Below, in pieces: positions 48,719 to 60,749 of a DNA stretch of 64,000 nucleotides. Origin of the DNA: Bilabrum cf. latius. Lineage: Eukaryota. The stretch lies in the NCBI GenBank assembly GCA_965178125.1, contig OZ237752.1, forward strand, positions 868,001-932,000, written 5' to 3'. Under the pieces are notes generated by a model. The model was not told where the DNA came from, did not search any database, and saw only the letters and a program-made list of their open reading frames with translations. The translations under genes and the position numbers were made by a program. Positions within the stretch are counted from its first letter, which is position 1; every line of letters begins with the position of its first letter.

Positions 48719-51700
48719 TCACGCTAGCCCGCCCGTGGCAGCCCCCTGCATGACGCTGTCGTGCACCCACGACGCATCGGCCGAGCCAGTCGTGTCTCCT
48801 TCCGTCTCGCTGGCGGATGCATCCACGCTCTCGTCGCCCACGCTGCCCTTGCTGCCGCTTCGGGTAGGAGTCATCCCCGCCCCTGCAGCGTTTGTTCCCT
48901 GCTCCTCCCCTTGGCCCCGGTCTTCTCCCCTCTCGTCTCGGTCAAAGTCTCCTGCTAAGTCGCCTGCTTGACTCTCCCCCGCCACCGAACCTGCCTGCTC
49001 AAGCCCAAACCAGCCTCGCACCATGTCAAGCAGTCCGGGCGCCTCTCCCCGGGACCCTAACTCCTTGGGGGTCTGTCTGCCACTGCCACCATCACACCGT
49101 TCAATCTGGCTGGAAGCAGGATCGGATAATCCACTGCCCTCAGGCCCACCCTCGCTCCTCCTCGACAGGCCATCCACTTTGCTAGCAGACTCCCCACCGG
49201 ACCTGTCTGCCTAGATCTACTCAATCCCACATCGGCTGCTGCCAGTCGCAGCGCTGCCTCCGGCGCCACTGCAGCCCGTGCCAAAACCGGGCTCTTCAGA
49301 TCCGCGGCCGAATGACATGCCCCTGCCAGCCACGCCCTCCCCACGGATCGGGGACGGCATGTCTCCAACACCAGCTTGGGTGCTGGCACCGACCTCTGAC
49401 GACGAGCCATTCGATGATTCGTTGGGCGCCGCCGACGCCGCATGTGACGAGTGCACTCCAGCAGGAGCAGCAGCTATTGCACCTCCAGATGCACCATTCC
49501 CAGCCTCACCCGCACCGCCGTTCGAGCTCATGTCTGTTGTGTTTGCGGACAGGGACAGCAGCGAGCCTGACGATACCTGCGCCTCACCACCTACTTGGGA
49601 CGGACTTGTACCGCCGCTTGCGCTGCTGCTGCCCCCACCAGTGGCCTGGCTCGAGCGCGGTGCAGAGCCTCCAGGATCTCCACGAGCAGGGTCCGATACA
49701 GCCGAGGAGGCAGACAGCAACGAGGCCGATGAAGACTCTTGCTGGAGCCGTTCGAGACGATTGGAACTGCTCGACCCGCTCCCACTCGTGGCACTCGTGG
49801 CACCTGACTCCGCACTTCCAGCACGACTAGATCGCGCCCCCTCCTGGCAATCTCCTCCGCCTGGGATCAGGGTGCGACTGGCCTGCTCGCTCGTTGGGAG
49901 TAGGAGCACCACCTCTCCAGGCACCCAGGCAGCGTTGACTCGGCGGTACCGCAGCTGTAGCATCTGCTTCCCGGCGGAGGAGCGGACCGTTTCCGCCTTG
50001 GCCTCCATCAGAACGACCTCGTTCCTCGCGTCGCTGAGAGTGCCCGGCTCGGGCATGACAAGCCGCGGCCCCGGGGTGCCATCGGGGCCTGGAGGCAGCT
50101 GGCCGTCCCAGGGCAGGGCGAGGCCGCAGTGCCCGCACAGGACGAATAGGCTCTCGCCAGTGCCGATGAGGCGCTGCCTCCGATCCAGCTGGGGCATGTC
50201 CCACTCTATCTCCCCGTCGTCCTCGTCCTTCACCCGCAGCCTTAGCTCCCAAGCGAGGGCGGCCAGAGGGCCAGCACCGGTACCCGCGCTGGGCTGGGAC
50301 CTCCGTGCGCTCAGCACGCTGGCACGACCAGCCTCTCTCGCAGCCCGGAGGGTCTCTGCCACCATCGCGGGGTCCAATTCGTCCCCTGCATCGGCCGCTT
50401 CGTCGGGGCCTGCCCCTGCCCCTGCCCCGTGCACGGAATCTGCACCGTTGGCGCCGCCAACAAGCCCACTCGTGCCCGTGCCGGAGCCGCCTCTGGGCCT
50501 CGTAAAGCTGGGCATGGGCGCGTCTCCCTATGAGGGGAGCAGCCAGTCTCCGCCTGCCGCGATGCACAGCCGCTGCAGGCCCTTCTGCACATCGCCCACG
50601 GTGGCCTCGGGCAGCAGCTGTATGGAGCGCCACTCCGTCGTGTACGGCTGCCGTCGCTTCGGCTTTGCAACCCGCTCTTCCTGCGCCTTGGCATCGTTGG
50701 ACGAGCCTTTGCTTGCCTCGAGCGATGTAGAAGACTTATTTGGGACGGGCGTCGCCGATGGTTGGCCTTGCCCAGCTGGTGCTGGTGCTTCGCTCGATGG
50801 ACGAGGCGCAGCAACCGCTCCCTGTGGATGTCCTTGCACAGCGGCTGGCGCTGCAGTTGGCGTCAGAAGACGTCCATTATCGTGCTGGTTGGCATCGCTG
50901 GAGCTGTCAGCACGTCTCGCGACAGGGGTGTGCTGCAGGGCGGGCGCAGCGCTCTGCCCTCTCTGCATGCGGCCTGTGCTGCTGCCCTCTGATGACCCCA
51001 TGCTCGATCGCTGGCTCTTGTCGCCCGCTGGAAGGATGGACCCGTGAGGGTGCATGCTCAGCAGGGTGTCCTGGTGGTCGCCCGCCGTGCTCCTCGATCT
51101 CTGGGACTGCAGGGGCCGCGAGACGGTATGGGTGCGACCACGCGCGGGTGGGTCCGCCACATGGGTGGCGCTCCCCGCCTGCCCGCAGCTAGCATCGGCC
51201 CGCTGTTCGTGGCGCAGGGAGCTAGTACCGGTTGCATGTCCCAGCTGCACCTTGCGCTGCACGCTGTGCCAGGCAGCGACCATGCTCCCGCTCTGTGTGC
51301 TGGGCGGGCCCACAATCGGCGAGATGTGGACTGTGCCCGCATCGGCGTCGGAGTCACTCGTGTCACCGTCCTCCACCGAGTAATTGCTCGACTCCCAGCC
51401 GCGGCCGGTGGCGCCAGCGCCGTGCTAGTCACGTTCGCTCTCGCTCCGCTGGCTGGCACTGGCATTATCCGTAAAAGAATCAGGAACTCGCGGCGTGCCG
51501 CGGTAGCCACCAGCACCATCGCAGGGCACGCCGGTACTGAACCCACCGGAACCGCCGAGACCACGGGTCCAGGCAGGTGGGCGGTGTACCATGCCGGACC
51601 TCGTCCTCGGCGAGGCCTGCGTCCCGGAGGCAGCCGAAACGGCGTGCCAGCCCATGCGCCCAGGCCCGCTCGTATCGGCGCCTCCAGCCCCCGCAACCGA

Positions 51701-53917
51701 TCCACGCGCCGAATGAGCCGCAGCGCCAGTGCCGCTCCGACGAGTGGGCCCGCACTCGCTGCGCACCCCATGGCTCCCTGCGGCGCCCCTGCCGCTGCTG
51801 CTGCCGAAGCCCTCGACCACCCATTGGCGGTTGCTGCCCAAGATGCCGCGAGGCATGTCCGCGGGGAGGGCACCGGAGGCGGTCCGGGGAACAAAGCCCA
51901 TCATGCCCCTGGTTTCTCGCGGGCTGGGAGTGGACGGGGCCCCGCCTCTGCCCATCGCGCTTGTCCTCGTCCTCGTCCTGGACCTGGTGCCCGTCGACCG
52001 GGCGGAGTCCACGCCAGACCGCCCGTCCGGCAGCCTCTCTCTCAAGTCCCCGTGGCTGCCGCGATACGGACCAAGCGCTCGCTGCATGACCGCAGCAGGG
52101 CGTCCCACCGCACCCCGCCCCAGCGGCAGCAGACGAAGCCTGTGCTCCGCCCCGGCCCCCCCGCTCTCGCTGCTGCCGCCAGAGGGCCCCCCCTCGAGAG
52201 GACTTCCTCCCGGACCTGAGCCTGTATGCTCCCGACCAATCACAGGCCCAAACCCGGGCCCGATCGCCAGCATGCCATTGCCGTGCTACCCCTTCAGCTC
52301 ATCGCTATCGTCACCGCGATCGCCATCCATCGGGTCGTGGTCGCGCGCTGCACCCGGCAGGCTGTCTGTGGCCCACCCTCCCCAAGCATCCGCCGCCACC
52401 CTCCCGAACCTCCCCACGCCTACCGATCCATCTGCACGGTTACCCACGTCCCAGCTGCCCCGTCGGCCCTCCGAGGCCAGCTGAAGCCCCTCTGCCTCGG
52501 CCAGAGCCAGCCCAAGGTCGCCTGACCTTCGATCTCGCCTGCGCTCCGCCTGCAGCTGCCTGATCCGGCGATCCTCCTCGAGCTCAACGGATAAATGGCT
52601 GATCTTGGGCGCAGCGCGCTTCTTCCTTGATGACCGGCTGCCCCTATTGCTCTTCCTGCTGGAAACTCTCCCCGTCTTGCTTCCACTGGCAGTTTCCGAC
52701 CTGCTGCCTGCGGACCGATCGTCGGCCGTGTTGGGCCCTGCGTGGTGGCCTGCCTGACCAGGAACAGCGTTGCTGCTGCCAGCGCCGTGGGGATCCCTTC
52801 CTGCTGTTCCCCCCCGCGAATTCGAGCCGGCATCGTGCTCAGAGCTCTCCCTGGAAGCCGCAGACGCCGCCATGGAGGAGGCCGCGGAGGGCAACCTGCT
52901 CGAATACTCCCCCGTCAGACCGACCGATGGGAGACCCGCGATGGTGCCATTGTGCTCCCTGGATACCAATCCAGAGCCGCCCCCGGGAAGGACATCACCG
53001 CCTGCGAGGTGACCGCCGCCTCCAGTTGGCGAGGATGGTGACCCGTCCTCGTCCCCGGAGCCCTCCCAGGCGTGGGCGCCCCACCCGCCGGCGGGGTAGC
53101 GCACCGCGGTGCCGGACGAGGAGGCGCTGAGCAGCGCAGGCGGGGGTGCCTGAAGCGTTCCATTGCAGTGCACTGCGCCCGCAACAACTTGCGCGTCGCT
53201 GAGTGGCCCTGTGGAGCTGCTCCTGCTCCTACTCCTACTCCTGCTCCTGCTTACTTGCGGCTGCACGGCGAACCCCTCTTCAACGAGCGCGCTGGCGCTT
53301 GCTCGCTCTTGCGGCATGGCCATATCCCGACATTCCAATTCGTTGGCATCATCATCGCCATCGCCGGTTGCACTGTCGTCGTCATCGTCCAGGTCAGTGG
53401 CGGTAGACTCGTCGGCCTCCACTGGCACCGTCTCCCTGCGGACGAGGGGCGTGCGAGAGCCAGCCTGCTCATCCGGTGCGCCCCCTTCATTCGATGTGAC
53501 TGCATCATCGTTGGCGGATGTTCTGCCCAGCCCAGCAGGTGCCTGGAACGACTCTTCCTCGTCGAGCTGCAGAGGCCCTCCGGGGAGGACCAGCCTTGGC
53601 ACTGCTTGTGCTCTCTGTGGGCCTTTGCTCGTGGATTTTGCGCCCGACTCCGAAACCTTTTGCGATGAGTGGGATTTATCTTCATGCCGAGGCACTCCTT
53701 GATCGCTGGATGAGCTACTTCTGTCGCTCCCGGAGTGCTTGGATTCAACTGCTGCGCTCGGTCGCTCCTCGGCGGGACATGCAGTTGCTCCTGCTTGCTC
53801 TGCAAGCTCGTCGGAGAGCTCGCTTAGTTTTCTGGAACGATTGCCACTGTCAACATTCCCTGTCGGCAGTTGGTGCAACCCGTGCACATCTCCTAGGCCA
53901 CCAGGACTAGATGGCAT
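48719..53917 (-). CDS. Large Ser/Gly-rich low-complexity protein of unknown function (>=1730 aa, 5 in-frame TAG); may have further 5' exons up to ~54350
   Basis: Five ORF-track fragments are in one frame, separated by TAG (52286, 51425, 50528, 49217, 49211); TGA at 48719-48721. Only short globular-looking islands, at ~49900-50650. Acceptor-like TTATTCGCAG upstream near 53995. Confidence 0.65.
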
Positions 53918-54652
53918 GTCGTGCTGTGGGAAGAGGTCATCACTGCCGGCAGAGCTTGTCGGCGTAGCATCAAGTAGCTCTTCTGGAAGGCTCTGCGAAT
54001 AAGAGAAGGATGCGAAGGAGACAGTGAAGCAGCAAATTCGACATCATCGGCATAATGGCTCGAGTTGCCAGGCCTTCAGCAGCAGCGTATGCACCCCCGC
54101 AGCATTATGGAGGCAGACACGACAATGTATTACATGGAAACATACACGATAGGAACCGCAACGATCGAATTTGCGAAGTTTGGACGGCAAATGCGACAAT
54201 CCTCACTGGATCAACGTTTGCAACCTGTGCTGGAGCTTTCTACTGTACCTGCCTTAGTCTCTCTCGCAGCGATGATGCGTTCACAACATCCCCGTTTGAT
54301 ACTCGGCGAAGCTAGGCTGGAGGTTCGAGCCGCCACCTGGATGCGCCCGACATGGACTGCGACCGGTCGACCTGCACTTGATTCGAGCCTCCGCACCCAG
54401 CCAGAGCAGACCACTAGGGAGTAGGATAGGGGCCGATACAGGTATATTAAGAAAACAAAATTAATCAGGACGGGTCAGTCATGTTTGATCTGGCTAAATG
54501 TGGTCATACAAGACAGCGAAGAAACCGCAAATGTGGCGAAGGTTCCGAGCACGTAGGCGTGAAACTGCCCATTGCAGCACCAAGCACACGCACGAAACGC
54601 GATACAAGAACCAGCATTAAAAAGAACTGTTTAATCAATTCTCATGATCGAC

Positions 54653-56344
54653 TCACGAGGGCTTCAGCGAGCCCCCTTCCCGGCTGGCTGACATGGATGG
54701 GTACAGCCCACCAGCTGCAACCGCCGGGCGGCCGCTCGCTCCGCCAGCCCCAGCGCGGCGCACCGCCCTGTCCATGCCGCTTGAGGCGATATGTGCGGGG
54801 GTCCGGCGCGCGGAGGGGCCCGCCCTCCCGCCGGCCCCGCCGCTCGATGCAGCCGCGCGCAGCATGGCCTCAGCGTCCATCGAGCCTGCGGAACCACCGG
54901 TTGCGTGCGCGGCGACAGGACCCACCCCGGGGGGTGGCGGCGGAGGCGGGAAGGACTGCATTCCCGGGGGTGGGGGCGGTGGGGGATTTCCCCCGGCACT
55001 CCCCCTCGGTGGGGGCGGGGGCAGAGAGGGGGGTGCCGACGGAGCGGACTCTGACCCCAACAACGCCCCGCTCCCACCCCCAGACCCCCCCCGCTGGGCC
55101 CACCCGATTCGGAGCCGCACCCCGTCCACGACCAGCCGCCCGCGGGTGCGGTGCAGCGCCGACTGCGCGTCCTCCGTGGAGGAGTACTCCACAAAGGCCA
55201 TTTTCCGCTCCGAGTTGACCCGCACAGACTCGAGGGCACCGTAGGCCCCCATGGCCCGCCTGACCCCCGCCTCCCCCAGGGGCGGCTCCACCCCCCACAG
55301 GCACAGCGTGGCGGCATCCGCGCCGGCCTTGCCCGCGTCCAGCGCCTTCATCTTGGCGTCCTCCCTCTCCATGAGCCTGTCCGCCGAGCGGTCCGACGTG
55401 CCGAAGAACCTGTCCTTGATGCCCTGCTGCACCCCCTTGTGGTAGTAGTCCTTGTTCTCCCAGTAGTCCGCGGGGATGTCGTGGCTGTAGGGGCACTCCG
55501 CCCCCCGAGTGCATGTCCCCCTCAGGAAAAAGGTGCAGAGCTTGGGCCGGTTGCGCTCGTACCTCGGCTTGCTCCTCTTCAGCCGGAGCAGCTCCTCGTG
55601 CGCAGCGGGGGGGACTGCGCTCGCTGTGAATCCGGCGGCGCCCACGTCGCTGCCCGTTGTGGCCAGCTGCTGCCCGGCAGAGGCGCCGCCGCCTGCGGAA
55701 CCGCCGTTCGTGAGAGCGAGGGGCTGCTGGGCGCCTCCCGACGCGGCGCCGGCCCCGCGGGCGGCCTGGAGGGCGGCCAGCGCGGTCGTCTGCGTCTGAT
55801 TCTCGATTGTTTTGCCCGCCTCCTGGGCGTAGTATAGCATCATCGTGTCGCTCTTCGGCTGCACTGCGCCCGGGGCGAGGCCGCCGCCTGCCTGAACCGA
55901 CGAGCCGGCGGCGCCAGAGTACTTCCGGATCACCGCATCCCTTACTTTCAGAGGGAGACCGTACGTCAGGTCGTACAAGCAGCACTGGCAGCAGTTCTTC
56001 AGCTTCGAGCAGACCTAGCAGATGACCGTTCGCTTCATCCTAGCTTTGCGCCCCGGCTGCCACAGGAACTACGTCGTCACCCTACCGCACACGTTGCATT
56101 CAGCCCCGGCAGGTTTCTTCATCATCCGGGCGTAGGGATTGTCTCCTAGGCAGGTCTCTGCGATTTGATAGGGAAGAAAGGCGGTTCGAGTGGTATGCGG
56201 TGCTTTGGGAACGTTGGAAGGTGCCCGAACTGGATGTAGCAGCAGAAGCGGACGACAAATACCATAAAACTCACCGCACAAACGAGGCATTTCAACCTCT
56301 TCTGCCTTTGCGAGATTCGTATTGCTCGGTAGGCCAACCGCCAT
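54653..56344 (-). CDS. RBM22: Pre-mRNA splicing factor RBM22/Slt11 (N-terminal Zn-binding region, CCCH finger, RRM); exons 56344-56275 and 56157-54653; TAG at 56069 and 56015 read through
   Basis: Spliced translation PRLCETCLGDNPYARM...ECNVCGR..(Q)FLWQPG...KRTVIC(Q)VCSKLKNCCQCCLYDLTYGLP matches RBM22 ([43 protein letters not shown]). Also PRYERNRPKLCTFFLRGTCTRGAECPYSH, QGIKDRFFG and an RRM (AFVEYSS). Ends TGA. Confidence 0.93.
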
Positions 56345-56542
56345 GGTGCTGGGCGGATTCGAAATGACGGGAACTTGATCGATTGTCGCCAACCGGGTTC
56401 GCGGCGAACTTCTTGAAGGTTCGTTCGGTTTCGCCAAGGCCTTGTGCGAGGCGTGCGTGCGCAAGACAGCTTGAACGAGGAATGGTAACTCGCGCGAAGC
56501 CTACAAAAGAAAGAATTCTGTTCTTGAACCGAAGCACCTGGA

Positions 56543-57749
56543 TCAGAGAGCCTCCACCTCTGCCCTCGAGAGCCCCTCGTGCGCCGTCAGCCCCTCGTGG
56601 TTCTGGATCGTGTCGTCCGCGCCCTTGCTCACAAGGTACTCGCCCAGCTCTCTGAACCCGTACGCGAACAAGAAGTGCAGCGCGGTATTCCCCGCGCTGT
56701 TCTGCACGTTGGGGTCCGCTCCTCGCCTCAGCAGCTCCTTGAGGAGCCGCTTGTTGCCGTTCTGGCAGGCCGTGATGACGAGTGTGTTCCCCTTCTCGTC
56801 CCTGTCCCTGTCCATGTCCAGCACGCCCTGGCTCAGCACGTCCCTGAGCTCCTCCATCTTGCCCGCCCGCACGAGAGAGAAGGCAAGCCGCACCGTCTCG
56901 GCCTTCCGGTCGTCCTCCGATTTCTCGCTGGGGTCCACCTGCTGCACCCTCTTCTCGCCCGTCCGAGGGTCCACCACCACCTTCATGCGGTCCGTCTCTC
57001 CCTCCAGGTCACCGACCATGAAGGGGCCGGGGGTCGGGTGCGGGGCCGTGTCCAGCCGCACGCTCACGTCCACGGGGGCCACGAGGCCCACCACGGCCGG
57101 CACGTTGGGCAGGTTCAAATCCCTAGAAAATTGAGCCCCCAGCACGCGAGCCTCGCGGGCCCGAGCGCGCAGCTTCTGCGCGTCTTTGGGCGGCCGCAGC
57201 CTCCTCCACTGCGCCCCCGGGGCGGCGGGCGGGCCTGTCTTGGGCCGCCCATGGTCCCCTGCATCCCCCCCCCAGAGGGCCATGTCATTCCCACCCCCCT
57301 TGCCTTGGTCCTGGTCTTGTTCCCCCGATGGCACCACCCGGCCGCCAACCTCCTCCCATCCTTCGTCGCTTGATCCCGCGCTCCCGATGCTCCCCTGCAT
57401 GCCCATGCCACCGCCCATGCCCATGCCCACGGACCCGCCCATGCCACCCTCCGTCACACGCGCCCCGATGGCGGTGCCACCCATGATGGTCGCCATTTCA
57501 CCCCCGTGACGACCATCAGCACCACCGTGAGATGCACCCATGCCCCCGCTTTCGCCGTGAGTGGGCGCGGGCGGGGGCTGGGGCAGCCCGAGCGCTGCAG
57601 CGAGCTGGGCCAGAAGCTGCGGGTCCTGCTTGATCTGCGCCACCACGTCAGCCGACGTGGCGGGTGGCCCGCCCCCGCCTCCACCTGAGGGAACAAGCGC
57701 CATGGAGTCACCGCTGCCGCTATGCGTGTGTTCCCCCTCGAGAGCACCG

Positions 57750-57790
<41 letters not shown>

Positions 57791-60718
57791 GTGCCCCCTG
57801 CCTCCTTGCCCCCCCTCACCCCCGGCCTCCTGCCCAGAGGGAAGCCCCAGTGCCTGGGCACCCACCCGCGCGACCGCAGCCGTCCGCCTCAGAGCCGCCC
57901 TGCAGAGCCTCTCCTCCGCCCTCTCCTCCATGTCCAGCCGGGCCACCGCCTGGAATCGCGCCGCGGAGTCCGCCCGCAGCTGCGGCTTGCCCTTGCTCCA
58001 CACGCTGGCACCGGTCCGGGACGACACCCAGTACACCGCCCCCGAGGCGGGGTCAATCGCAGGGGCGTACTCCGCGGCCTCCTCTACCAGGTTCCGCAGC
58101 CCGTGCGCGGCGTGCCACTGCTTCACGGGCAGGAACAGCCCCAGCGAGGAGCCCAGCCCGAACCAGTCGCCCCCGTCCGCGCTCCCCACTGCCCACCGCA
58201 TCCAGTCACCGTAGGTCGTGTGTGCCCTGGCCTTGTCCCTGTGCCGCCGCTCTGGGAAGGCTCGCGCCCGCTTCACATCCAGGAACACGCGAAGCCTCAC
58301 ACCGGGAGACAGCAGGCTCCGCATCCGACGGGCCGCGTCCGAGGGGCCATCGCACTGGCCCAGGGGCCGCAGCGGGGGCACGTGGTCCCCCGCCGAGGGG
58401 GCACCGTCCTCCAGCCCGCCGTCCCGCCCCTCCATGGGCAGCCCCAGCGCCTCTCTCGCGTCCTCGTCCAGGAGGCCGGGGACCGTCTCCTCCAGGAGGG
58501 GCCTCAGGGCGGGGGGCATGGTGCGCGCCAAAGAGGCGCAGAAGTAGGGCCACACCGAGGCGAGGAGCAGCTCGGCGGCATCTTGGTCTTCGGGGCGCAC
58601 GGGGGCCGGCGGGGGCGCCTTGGGTCCGTGCCTGCCCGCCTCCCGCATGGCCTCTGTGGCGTCCATGGGAGGCGCCGTCTCGGCCCCGGTGGCCTTGGCC
58701 CAGTCCCGCAAGGACACGGTCCCGTCCCCGTCCCTGTCCAAGAGCCGGAGCAGGTGGCCCAGGTCGAAGGCATCGCGGACGGAGGGGCGCCAGGGGGCGG
58801 AGGAGCCCGACTCGCCGCCGGACCCGGGGTCCAGCCCGCAGGTGAGGGTGGAGACGTCTCTGTCGTCCCAGGCCGTGGCCCGCTGCGGGTGCATCGCACT
58901 GCCGTGCTCGCCCTGTCCCGCCAGCATCCCGGAGCTCCCGCCGATAGACTGGTCCAGGCTCCGCCCGGCAGACTCCCAGGGCGCTGTGGACGGCCGCCCT
59001 CCCACACTAGCACCGGCCTCCCCACCCGCCCCCGAAGCGCCCCCGGCCCCGCGCACCCTCATGGGCGTCAGCCTCCTGGCCCTGTCCAGGGAAACTTCCG
59101 CGTCGTCCACCACTGTGGCCGCCTCCATCATGCTGCGGTGGGCCGCCCCGGGGGCGAGCAGGTCGTGCCGGGCCACCGCGCCAGCCTCGCTGGGCCCGCC
59201 CTCGCCCTCCGATGACCCCGCCTTCCCCTTGCTCGCGGGATCCACGCACTCCCTGCACGCGGTCTCCACAGCCCACCGTCGGAACCCCCTCTCAAAAGCC
59301 CTGTAGATGCACTCCTCCACGGCACCGGACGCGGCCGCCGCCCGCATGGCCGCGCCCTCCCCTTCATCGAGGGGGTCAGCCGCCGCCCCCGCGCCCGCGC
59401 CCCGCAGAGTCGCCAGCGCAACCACCTCGGCAGGGGTGGCCCCCAGCACCGGTGCCGCCCCTGCCACCATGGCATTCGTGCTCATCGCCAGCTCCATCCC
59501 CCGGTCCCTCCGCTTGCTCGCCAGGAAATCATCGTCCCCCTCGTCCTCGTCGCCCTCGGCCACCCCGCCCAGGTGCCCCACCTGCCGCATGGTGGAGGAC
59601 CCCGCCGCCAGCGAGTCCTCCCGGAGTGCGTCCTCCAGCGAGGCACCCTCCGCGGCCGATGCATCCACCTCTGGCCACCCCGACGGTGGGTCCCACGAGC
59701 TCTCCTCCCGCTCGGGCTGGTAGTACCAAACCGCCGTGACGCGAGCACCGGCACCGGCACCGGCTATTCCACCAACGGCACTGCTTCCCGCGGCGGTACC
59801 GTCCTCCAGCAGCAGCTGTTCCCCCTGGTACGTCCTACCGCCCTCTTCCATTTCACCGTCCTCCTCCTCCACGTGCACCCACCTCTCCCACCCCGCGTGC
59901 CTCGCCGTCATCCGGGCCCTCGGGTCTGCACGCATGCTCTCCCATTCCCCCCGGGCCAGACCCAGGGCCACAGACGTCCCCCGGAGCCGTGCCGCGTCCC
60001 GGATGCTCTTGTCTCTCCACTGCCTCGCCAGGTCTGCCCTCTCCCTGGCCCTCGCCTCGGCCTCATCCGCCACCCTCCGTGCATTCGCCGCCTCTGCCTC
60101 CCTCCTCCTCAGCTCCGCCCTCTTCTCCTCCCTCCGTCTCTCCTCCTCGAAATACTCGGACAGGGACGTGGAGTCCACCCGGGCGAGCCGCTCGAAGTCC
60201 AGCCGAGCCGTGAACACCGAGGGCTGCGCGGGGCCGCTGGTCCTGGACTTGTTCTGCAGCAGGTGGATGAACGTGTCCCGCGTGTGCGTGAATCCGGTCC
60301 GCACTGCCACGTCGGAGTGCCACGTGTACCTCCGCTTCCACACGGTGGCCGTGTTGGGCGTGGCCGCGCCCTTGGTCACCCCGAAGGCAGCCGCGGAGAG
60401 CCCGCCCATGGGTCGGGTGGCCAGCTCGGTCCGCTGCATGACCCGGAATCCCAGCCCCGGGGGTGCCTCCACCTCGAACTCGAGCGAGTCCCAGGCCGTC
60501 TGCGGCAGGGAGGCGGCGATCGCGTCCGTGCCCGTGCCTGTGCCTACACCTCCGAGTGCCATCAGGGACCCACCACCACCACTACTGCCTCCGCCGCCGC
60601 CGCCGTCTCGGAACCCGCTGCGGGGCGTCCACACGGCCCGCGAAAGGTCCGTTGAGTTGGACGGCACCGGGGCGATTGGTCTGGGCGGGCCCTTGCTGCC
60701 CACTCCTCTCGACGGCTA

Positions 60719-60749
<31 letters not shown>

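Noticed and set aside
47614-56071. TAG = Leu/Val, suggested by two sites aligning to hydrophobic columns (lectin NLV*T at 47614; RBM22 TT*FLW at 56069)
   Set aside because: Both look like tolerant positions. The conserved-Gln sites (17560, 56015) and the polyQ context favour Gln. A formal column count is still needed.
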